A DNA stretch of 64,000 bases. Source: Eledone cirrhosa. Taxonomy: Eukaryota. This document shows positions 25,354-35,882 of this stretch, in pieces; positions within the stretch are counted from its first letter, which is position 1; each line of letters starts with the position of its first letter. The notes beneath the pieces were generated by a model. It had not been told where the DNA came from, did no database searches, and saw only the letters and a list, made by a program, of their open reading frames with translations. The DNA is taken from positions 39,556,001 through 39,620,000 of the forward strand of contig OZ024748.1 of assembly GCA_964016885.1 (NCBI GenBank), written 5' to 3'. Made by a program: the position numbers and the translations under genes.

Positions 25354-26745
25354 TCTCCAAGCAATGGAACCTTACAGGATTAAGGTATTTTATCCAGTCA
25401 ATTTAATCCCCAAGTCTGACCGTATTGCATGTCTAAAAGCTGCCAACTACAACCCCTTTCTACTTAAATCGAAAGGCATATTTATAGATTTGCTAACAGA
25501 TTCTGGTACAGGAAGTCAAAGCAGTGCCCAGTGGTCGGCTATGACTAAAGCCGGCTATTCAACTATTAATTCCGAATACGTTAAGGAATTTGTACGTACA
25601 ATTCAACACATTACCAATTTCAAACATGTATTTCCAGTTCATCAAGGTCGAGGAGCCGAAGATTTGTTGGCAAAACTCCTACTGAATAAAGAGAGTGTTG
25701 TACTGAGTAATTCTCTGTTTGACACAACACGAGCACACGTTGAGTCATCTGGTGCAATTGGAATAGATTTGGCAACAAAGTCTTCAAAATTCTTAGGTGA
25801 TGCCGATGTGGAAAAATTTGAAGAAACACTGGATGAATATGGTTCTAGAGTTCATCTTGTAATAATAACCTGCACCAATAATGTGGTAGCCGGAGCTCCT
25901 GTGAGCATGCAAAATATAGAAATCATAACAAAATTATGTCGAAACAAGAATATCCCAGTTATAATGGACGCATGCCGTTTTGTTGAAAATGCTTATTTTA
26001 TCAAGACCTTAGACGAAAAATATTCTAAACACACAATCTTAGATATTGCCAGCGAAATGTTTTCTTATTTTGATGGTGCAACTATGTCTTTAAAGAAAGA
26101 TGGTATGAGCAATGAAGGTGGGTTTATAGCTTTCAACAACGACAAATGGGCCACCAAAATATTTGACATAATCGAATATAAAAGTGGTTATTCAACTTAC
26201 GGGGGAATAACTGGATCAAATCTTGTAGCATGTACTGTCGGAATTTCTGAGGCTATGAACGAAAATTACCTCCGATCAAGAATCTATCAGGCTAAATTAC
26301 TGGCTGATTTCTTGGAAGATAATAATATTCCCGTATTTAAACCAGTAGGGGCCCATGCCGTCTACGTGAAAGCAAACAAAGTCTTGCCACACCTTGATTT
26401 CTTGAAGTATCCAGCATGGTCCCTTAATTGTGCCGTATATATATCGAAGGTGGTATTCGATGTGGAGAAATTGGCAATATAATGTTTGGTGAAATTTCAG
26501 ATGGAACTAAACAAATTCATCCCTTTGAATATGTGCGTTTGGGTTTACCCAGAAGAACCTATACGGTCAACCATCCGCATTTTGTGGCCAAAACTTTTGG
26601 TTTTGTTGCCAAAAAAGCCCATTTAATCCACGGAATGGAAATTGTCAAATCTTCGCATCTCCTAAGACATTTCACAATTTGGATGAGACCATTAAATGAA
26701 TACCACCTTGAAAAGAATAATAATCAGAAAAAAATAAACTGTTGA
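25354..26745 (+). CDS. tnaA: Tryptophanase domain 2 (predicted last exon), PLP site intact, with an apparent +2 frameshift in a (TA) run at 26436-26444
   Basis: MEPYRIK, IDLLTDSGT, HQGRGAE, FDTT, DACRFVENAYFIK, MSLKKDG, GAHAVY; then in the next frame EGGIRCGEIG, RLGLPRRTYT, LRHFT. Asp in FDTT, Ile in GEIG and His in LRHFT match tryptophanase rather than TPL. Acceptor T9-CCAG ends at 25353 (phase 2). Confidence 0.9.
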
Positions 26746-27449
26746 AGTTTGCCATAAATTACGATGTCAGTTATTTCTTGTGTACAGAAGAAGTTCATTA
26801 GAAGTATATATCACACTGGCCAAATTACCCACACCTTGCTGCGTTTCACACTTTTTTTTTTTTTAAAGAAAATGATGAATGATTTTAAATCAGCGATATA
26901 ATTTATGGAGAAAAACTCTGCATTTCAATATTACTCAATGTAAAATGTAATGCATGAAAAATTGGAAAACATTATTTTTTGTTATATATCAAATCAAAAT
27001 TACATTATTAAATCTGATTCTTATTTTGTTTCTTGTAAATAATTTTTTTCAAAGTATCAATTCAAAACTTTTGTGAATAGGGCATCATATCTTGTCATTT
27101 ACATATGGTTTAAATTTCATATAAATCGAAAGGAAAAAATTTTCAGCAGGGATTTGTGCCTCCGGGGAACTCTTTGATTAAAATGAAATATACTTATCCA
27201 AGTAACCTGGGAAATGTAGTTTCAGAATATATATGGTTATGGGGATCTAGCTCCAAAACTATAGGAGGAGTTCATGAACAAACAAACAGACAGGAACTAC
27301 AACTTTATATATATAGATTACTACCTACGTTTAAATGAGTTTTATATAAATGAATTTAAATGGCTTTTAATGGGTACATGTGTGTGCTTATATTAGTGAA
27401 GAAGTGCTTGCTTAATAACTATGACATATGACTTCATAACACATATTAT

Positions 27450-27640
27450 TGTGGTGGATTGGCAGTATTGGGAGAGGGTCGGATGCCATGCTTTGACGTA
27501 TAGAGTTACGGCCCTTGCCATTCTGAGTTCAAATCCCGCCGAGGTTAACTTTGCCTTTCATCCTTACGGGGTCGATAAAATAAAGTACCAGTAATGCACT
27601 GGATATTTGCTGACCGTGTGCCTAACTTAGAAACAATTAT
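27450..27640 (+). mobile_element. tRNA-derived SINE
   Basis: Same family as 15410-15600. Confidence 0.75.
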
Positions 27641-28449
27641 TGCTATAAAAAGAAATTCGTATTTTCTTGCATGTTTACATGCCTACATATTAAATATATG
27701 TATAGTTCTACACACAGTCTCAGCTACACACTCTGTATTTATGCAGATATAATTTTATCATTCACTATGGCTGCTAGCATACTTCTTAATATATATATAT
27801 TAAATAAGTACCAATACAAACGCTAATTAAATGCAAATTAATTTCATTGGTACAAGAGATTTCAACACATTCTGCTTTTCAACTCGGCAAAAATACAGAG
27901 AGTTTGGCTAATATAGCAACATAGCTACACACACTTGCTAACCCTAACCCCTGCCGAAATTGAAACTAGCTGAGTTTGCTTCACAGGTTACTAAATATCA
28001 CGACTATGTATTCTACAATTGCACACACAATATACTGCATGTATACTTGCACCTTTTTCTGTTTTCATTGCTGCACCTTAACAACGAAGTAAATCATTTT
28101 ATAAATAAAAATATTTAAATTAGCAGTGTCTTGTTTATTTGTTAATTCTTATCCACGTGATTTGGAAAAATCATCTTACCCAGGGTAATATCACTTCACA
28201 GTACACATCAGGAGTGGTTTATTTGACCAATACGGTCAAACTTCTCTGGACTCGCAGACATACTTGGCATTGCTTCACCAACATAGTAAAACCAACCAGC
28301 AGGAGTCCCAGGGGTAGACCCCAAGCAGGATGGATGGATAACATCCATGAGCTTGGCTGGTCTTGCTTGGGGATCGAGCCAGATCAGTTGGAAACGGTTG
28401 CTTCTGACAGAACCTGCTGGAAGGAGTGTCTGAGGATTCTGCAACAGCA

Positions 28450-28817
28450 TTTGGAAGATTATACTGAAGACTTGGGCATGTGGAAGAGCTGCATGAAGCT
28501 ACTGAATGATGAGCAGAAGGAGCGACATGTGCAGGTGCGTAAGCACATCCTCAAGCATTTTGAAATCAAACCAGACATTTTCCTTTTCCCCAAGCTGAAG
28601 AGGGTCATCAGAGGAACCTGAGGTAGAAGCCATGAAGAGGGCTATATTAGCAGAGCTATGGAGAATTCTGGGTGAATCCATCCAAGAGTGCAGGGAGAAG
28701 AAAGATGGGAAATTGTGTTTGACCCAAGGGGGATTATTCTGAAAAGGAAAACTTCTAGTTCGGATTTGAAATATTTTATTTTGCAACTTCTGTCCTGTTT
28801 CTTTTCTGTCACTCCAT
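28450..28817 (+). mobile_element. Mariner/Tc1 transposase remnant
   Basis: KLLNDEQKERHVQV and DIFLFPKLKRVIRG resemble mariner motifs; heavily deleted. Confidence 0.5.
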
Positions 28818-28830
28818 ATATATATATATA

Positions 28831-29160
28831 CATGGCTTAGTGGTTAGAGCATTTTCCTTGCAATCGAAAGGTTTGAGTTCAATTCTCAGACCGGGTGATG
28901 TGTTGTTTCCTTGAGCAAGACACTTTATTTCACATTGCTCCAGTTTACTCAGCTGTAGAAATGAGATGATAGGGACTGGGGTCCCTATCATTCCACTGCA
29001 AAGTGGTCATGGAGGTACCACGGCAAAAAAGCACCCAGCACTCACTGTAAATGAGGTTCGTGTTAGGAAGGGCATACAGCTGTAAAAATCAAGCCAGAAT
29101 CAGTTCCCGTCCTACCCTTGCAAGCAGGGAAAAGTGGACGTAAAATGATGATGATGATGA
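28831..29160 (+). mobile_element. Second tRNA-derived SINE family with a (TGA)n tail
   Basis: TGGCTTAGTGGTTAGAGCA (A box) and GAGTTCAATTCTC (B box); near-identical copy at ~50290-50630. Confidence 0.75.
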
Positions 29161-29927
29161 TATATATGGATAATAGGATGAATTTGGTACAACCAATAAA
29201 TTATAAAGGCAACAAATATTTTCTTGTTTTAATATTGCAGTTTATACATATCTTAAGAAGCAGTATAAGAAAAGCTTACATTTCATTTTCAAACTTAAGT
29301 AAAAAATAAAATATATATTTATTTTCAATTTTTAAAATGCGAGCAAAAACATAAAATCGATTTCAATATTCATCACACACACATATATATACATGTATAT
29401 TATTTGGAAAAAAAAAGGGGGTGGGGTAAAATTTTATACAAAAAAATGATGACCAGTTCGAATATTTGAAAGAAAACTCAAGTATATTCGAACTGCTCAG
29501 ATATTAAAAAAAATTTTTTTATTAATATTCAATATTTAACATCTAATATTTGATAAAATTGTTTTACCAATCGAAACCAGTTATATTTAATGCAACAATT
29601 ATAAAATTATTCATTCTGTCAGATTAAAGAAAAAATAATCTTTTAATATTCCCTGAACTTTGGCAATTTCAACCCCCTACCAACAGTACTGCTGGTTCAC
29701 TCTGGGTCACAGCGTCTGAGACAAGTCAGAGCGTAGTGTCCAAATAATTATTTTAAATTATTCTATGAAAAATAAAAATTAATTACACGTATCTAAATAT
29801 CACAATTTGTTTTGTTGGATGATCTACCAACTTTGCCATCAACCAGTCATTTCTATCAAATAATTTCCAATAATATTTGTGAATATGAAAAGGTAAAGAA
29901 AGATCGATATATGTGTGTGTATATATA

Positions 29928-32900
29928 ACGTCTGAAGAGCTCAGGCTGTCATACCTGATAGTCCTCAGTGAAATATGTATAACGTCTGAAGAGCTCAGGC
30001 TGTCATAACTGATAGTCCTCGGTGAAATATGTATAACGTCTGAAGAGCTCAGGCTGTCATAACTGATAGTCCTCAGTGAAATATGTATAACGTCTGAAGA
30101 GCTCAGGCTGTCATAACTGATAGTCCTCAGTGAAATATGTATAACGTCTGAAGAGCTCAGGCTGTCATAACTGATAGTCCTCAGTGAAATATGTATAACG
30201 TCTGAAGAGCTCAGGCTGTCATAACTGATAGTCCTCAGTGAAATATGTATAACGTCTGAAGAGCTCAGGCTTTCATAACTGATAGTCCTCAGTGAAATGT
30301 GTATAACGTCTGAAGAGCTCAGGCTGTCATAACTGATAGTCCTCAGTGAAATATGTATAACGTCTGAAGAGCTCAGGCTGTCATAACTGATAGTCCTCAG
30401 TGAAATGTGTATAACGTCTGAAGAGCTCAGGCTGTCATAACTGATAGTCCTCAGTGAAATATGTATAACGTCTGAAGAGCTCAGGCTGTCATAACTGATA
30501 GTCCTCAGTGAAATATGTATAACGTCTGAAGAGCTCAGGCTGTCATAACTGATAGTCCTCAGTGAAATATGTATAACGTCTGAAGAGCTCAGGCTGTCAT
30601 AACTGATAGTCCTCAGTGAAATGTGTATAACGTCTGAAGAGCTCAGGCTGTCATAACTGATAGTCCTCAGTGAAATGTGTATAACGTCTGAAGAGCTCAG
30701 GCTGTCATAACTGATAGTCCTCAGTGAAATATGTATAACGTCTGAAGAGCTCAGGCTGTCATAACTGATAGTCCTCAGTGAAATGTGTATAACGTTTGAA
30801 GAGCTCAGGCTGTCATAACTGATAGTCCTCGGTGAAATGTGTATAACGTCTGAAGAGCTCAGTCTGTCATAACTGATAGTCCTCAGTGAAATGTGTATAA
30901 CGTCTGAAGAGCTCAGGCTGTCATAACTGATAGTCCTCAGTGAAATGTGTATAACGTCTGAAGAGCTCAGGCTGTCATAACTGATAGTCCTCAGTGAAAT
31001 ATGTATAACGTCTGAAGAGCTCAGGCTGTCATAACTGATAGTCCTCAGTGAAATGTGTATAACGTCTGAAGAGCTCAGGCTGTCATAACTGATAGTCCTC
31101 AGTGAAATATGTATAACGTCTGAAGAGCTCAGGCTGTCATAACTGATAGTCCTCAGTGAAATGTGTATAACGTCTGAAGAGCTCAGGCTGTCATAACTGA
31201 TAGTCCTCAGTGAAATGTGTATAACGTCTGAAGAGCTCAGGCTGTCATAACTGATAGTCCTCAGTGAAATATGTATAACGTCTGAAGAGCTCAGGCTGTC
31301 ATAACTGATAGTCCTCAGTGAAATGTGTATAACGTTTGAAGAGCTCAGGCTGTCATAACTGATAGTCCTCGGTGAATTGTGTATAACGTCTGAAGAGCTC
31401 AGTCTGTCATAACTGATAGTCCTCAGTGAAATGTGTATAACGTCTGAAGAGCTCAGGCTGTCATAACTGATAGTCCTCAGTGAAATGTGTATAACGTCTG
31501 AAGAGCTCAGGCTGTCATAACTGATAGTCCTCAGTGAAATATGTATAACGTCTGAAGAGCTCAGGCTGTCATAACTGATAGTCCTCAGTGAAATGTGTAT
31601 AACGTCTGAAGAGCTCAGGCTGTCATAACTGATAGTCCTCAGTGAAATATGTATAACGTCTGAAGAGCTCAGGCTGTCATAACTGATAGTCCTCAGTGAA
31701 ATGTGTATAACGTCTGAAGAGCTCAGGCTGTCATAACTGATAGTCCTCAGTGAAATATGTATAACGTCTGAAGAGCTCAGGCTGTCATAACTGATAGTCC
31801 TCAGTGAAATATGTATAACGTCTGAAGAGCTCAGGCTGTCATAACTGATAGTCCTCAGTGAAATATGTATAACGTCTGAAGAGCTCAGGCTGTCATAACT
31901 GATAGTCCTCAGTGAAATGTGTATAACGTCTGAAGAGCTCAGGCTGTCATAACTGATAGTCCTCAGTGAAATGTGTATAACGTTTGAAGAGCTCAGGCTG
32001 TCATAACTGATAGTCCTCGGTGAAATGTGTATAACGTCTGAAGAGCTCAGTCTGTCATAACTGATAGTCCTCAGTGAAATGTGTATAACGTCTGAAGAGC
32101 TCAGGCTGTCATAACTGATAGTCCTCAGTGAAATGTGTATAACGTCTGAAGAGCTCAGGCTGTCATAACTGATAGTCCTCAGTGAAATATGTATAACGTC
32201 TGAAGAGCTCAGGCTGTCATAACTGATAGTCCTCAGTGAAATGTGTATAACGTCTGAAGAGCTCAGGCTGTCATAACTGATAGTCCTCAGTGAAATATGT
32301 ATAACGTCTGAAGAGCTCAGGCTGTCATAACTGATAGTCCTCAGTGAAATGTGTATAACGTCTGAAGAGCTCAGGCTGTCATAACTGATAGTCCTCAGTG
32401 AAATATGTATAACGTCTGAAGAGCTCAGGCTGTCATAACTGATAGTCCTCAGTGAAATATGTATAACGTCTGAAGAGCTCAGGCTGTCATAACTGATAGT
32501 CCTCAGTGAAATATGTATAACGTCTGAAGAGCTCAGGCTGTCATAACTGATAGTCCTCAGTGAAATGTGTATAACGTCTGAAGAGCTCAGGCTGTCATAA
32601 CTGATAGTCCTCAGTGAAATGTGTATAACGTCTGAAGAGCTCAGGCTGTCATAACTGATAGTCCTCAGTGAAATATGTATAACGTCTGAAGAGCTCAGGC
32701 TGTCATAACTGATAGTCCTCAGTGAAATGTGTATAACGTCTGGAGAGCTCAGGCTGTCTGTCATAACTGATAGTCCTCGGTGAAATGTGTATAACGTCTG
32801 AAGAGCTCAGTCTGTCATAACTGATAGTCCTCAGTGAAATGTGTATAACGTCTGAAGAGCTCAGGCTGTCATAACTGATAGTCCTCAGTGAAATGTGTAT

Positions 32901-35065
32901 AACGTCTGAAGAGCTCAGGCTGTCATAACTGATAGTCCTCAGTGAAATATGTATAACGTCTGAAGAGCTCAGGCTGTCATAACTGATAGTCCTCAGTGAA
33001 ATGTGTATAACGTCTGAAGAGCTCAGGCTGTCATAACTGATAGTCCTCAGTGAAATATGTATAACGTCTGAAGAGCTCAGGCTGTCATAACTGATAGTCC
33101 TCAGTGAAATGTGTATAACGTCTGAAGAGCTCAGGCTGTCATAACTGATAGTCCTCAGTGAAATGTGTATAACGTCTGAAGAGCTCAGGCTGTCATAACT
33201 GATAGTCCTCAGTGAAATATGTATAACGTCTGAAGAGCTCAGGCTGTCATAACTGATAGTCCTCAGTGAAATGTGTATAACGTTTGAAGAGCTCAGGCTG
33301 TCATAACTGATAGTCCTCGGTGAATTGTGTATAACGTCTGAAGAGCTCAGTCTGTCATAACTGATAGTCCTCAGTGAAATGTGTATAACGTCTGAAGAGC
33401 TCAGGCTGTCATAACTGATAGTCCTCAGTGAAATGTGTATAACGTCTGAAGAGCTCAGGCTGTCATAACTGATAGTCCTCAGTGAAATATGTATAACGTC
33501 TGAAGAGCTCAGGCTGTCATAACTGATAGTCCTCAGTGAAATGTGTATAACGTCTGAAGAGCTCAGGCTGTCATAACTGATAGTCCTCAGTGAAATATGT
33601 ATAACGTCTGAAGAGCTCAGGCTGTCATAACTGATAGTCCTCAGTGAAATGTGTATAACGTCTGAAGAGCTCAGGCTGTCATAACTGATAGTCCTCAGTG
33701 AAATATGTATAACGTCTGAAGAGCTCAGGCTGTCATAACTGATAGTCCTCAGTGAAATATGTATAACGTCTGAAGAGCTCAGGCTGTCATAACTGATAGT
33801 CCTCAGTGAAATATGTATAACGTCTGAAGAGCTCAGGCTGTCATAACTGATAGTCCTCAGTGAAATGTGTATAACGTCTGAAGAGCTCAGGCTGTCATAA
33901 CTGATAGTCCTCAGTGAAATGTGTATAACGTTTGAAGAGCTCAGGCTGTCATAACTGATAGTCCTCGGTGAAATGTGTATAACGTCTGAAGAGCTCAGTC
34001 TGTCATAACTGATAGTCCTCAGTGAAATGTGTATAACGTCTGAAGAGCTCAGGCTGTCATAACTGATAGTCCTCAGTGAAATGTGTATAACGTCTGAAGA
34101 GCTCAGGCTGTCATAACTGATAGTCCTCAGTGAAATATGTATAACGTCTGAAGAGCTCAGGCTGTCATAACTGATAGTCCTCAGTGAAATGTGTATAACG
34201 TCTGAAGAGCTCAGGCTGTCATAACTGATAGTCCTCAGTGAAATATGTATAACGTCTGAAGAGCTCAGGCTGTCATAACTGATAGTCCTCAGTGAAATGT
34301 GTATAACGTCTGAAGAGCTCAGGCTGTCATAACTGATAGTCCTCAGTGAAATATGTATAACGTCTGAAGAGCTCAGGCTGTCATAACTGATAGTCCTCAG
34401 TGAAATATGTATAACGTCTGAAGAGCTCAGGCTGTCATAACTGATAGTCCTCAGTGAAATATGTATAACGTCTGAAGAGCTCAGGCTGTCATAACTGATA
34501 GTCCTCAGTGAAATGTGTATAACGTCTGAAGAGCTCAGGCTGTCATAACTGATAGTCCTCAGTGAAATGTGTATAACGTCTGAAGAGCTCAGGCTGTCAT
34601 AACTGATAGTCCTCAGTGAAATATGTATAACGTCTGAAGAGCTCAGGCTGTCATAACTGATAGTCCTCAGTGAAATGTGTATAACGTCTGGAGAGCTCAG
34701 GCTGTCTGTCATAACTGATAGTCCTCGGTGAAATGTGTATAACGTCTGAAGAGCTCAGTCTGTCATAACTGATAGTCCTCAGTGAAATGTGTATAACGTC
34801 TGAAGAGCTCAGGCTGTCATAACTGATAGTCCTCGGTGAAATATGTATAACGTCTGAAGAGCTCAGGCTGTCATAACTGATAGTCCTCAGTGCAATATGT
34901 ATAGCGTCTGAAGAGCTCAGGCTGTCATAACTGATAGTCCTCAGTGAAATATGTATAACGTCTGAAGAGCTCAGGCTGTCATAACTGATAGTCCTCAGTG
35001 AAATGTGTATAACGTCTGAAGAGCTCAGGCTGTCATAACTGATAGTCCTCAGAGAAATGTGTATA
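29928..35065 (+). repeat. 54-bp tandem satellite, ~95 units
   Basis: Unit ACGTCTGAAGAGCTCAGGCTGTCATAACTGATAGTCCTCAGTGAAAT(A/G)TGTATA. The 5138-bp span minus two 4-bp insertions equals 95 x 54. Confidence 0.97.
29928..35065 (+). ncRNA. Tandem array of minimal type I hammerhead ribozyme motifs, one per 54-bp unit
   Basis: ACGT, core CTGAAGA, stem II GCTCAGGCTGTC/GATAGTCCTCAGT with loop ATAACT, GAAA, quasi-palindromic TATGTA, cleavage after ATA, then the ACGT of the next unit. Confidence 0.75.
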
Positions 35066-35286
35066 GCAGAGTTTTAAATAAATCTGAATCGACTGATAAT
35101 GGCCTCCAACCTTTTAATAGTGTGTGTGTGTGCGTATACATATGAGATTGTTTAGCCTTATATACCTTTCCACAATATATATATAAGTAGAAGTGGTATT
35201 TAATTTGTTGGAAGTCCGACAAACATAGATGTTTATAACTGATTTAGAGCACTCAACAAGTTACTGGAGTAAATATTCAATGATAT

Positions 35287-35882
35287 TAAATAAATGGAAA
35301 CTATATTTATAAAACTATATTTATAAACTATAGTTTTATAAATATAGTTTTTTAAATATAGTTTTATAAATATAGTTTATAAATATAGATTTATAAATTA
35401 TATTTATAAAACTATATTTATAAAACTATATTTATAAAACTATATTTATAAAACTATATTTATAAAACTATTTTATAAAACTATTTTATAAAACTATATT
35501 TATAAAACTATATTTATAAAACTATATTTATAAAACTATATTTATAAAACTATATTTATAAAACTATTTTATAAAACTATTTTATAAAACTATTTTATAA
35601 AATTATATTTATAAAACTATATTTATAAAACTATATTTATAAAACTATATTTATAAAACTATTTTATAAAACTATTTTATAAAACTATTTTATAAAACTA
35701 TTTTATAAAACTATTTTATAAAATTATATTTATAAAACCATATTTATAAAACCATATTTATAAAACTATATTAATAAAATTATATTTATAAAACCATATT
35801 TATAAAACTGTATTTATAAAACTATATTTATAAAACTATAGTTTATAAATATAGTTTTATAAATATAGTTTCCATTTATTTA
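35287..35882. mobile_element. Foldback/MITE-like AT-rich element with terminal inverted repeats and internal ~15-bp tandem repeats
   Basis: TAAATAAATGGAAACTATATTTATAAAACTATA at 35287 and its reverse complement ending at 35882; interior (AAAACTATATTTAT)n. Confidence 0.65.

Noticed and set aside
19369-26745. Bacterial contamination, or a tyrosine phenol-lyase call
   Set aside because: Splice signals and interleaved host repeats argue for integration. The FDTT, GEIG and LRHFT residues match tryptophanase rather than TPL (FTTT, ERG, LRFFT).
28831-28905. tRNA gene
   Set aside because: Has A and B boxes but no clean acceptor stem, and continues into a repeated body with a (TGA)n tail, so it is a SINE head.
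29783-34712. 993-aa and 669-aa ORFs of SYDSLSSSDVIHISLRTI repeats
   Set aside because: A by-product of a 54-bp unit with one stop-free frame. The 4-bp insertions break the frame, and the structure is better explained as RNA on the opposite strand.
29928-35065. Possible CRISPR array
   Set aside because: No unique spacers, no cas genes and a eukaryotic context.
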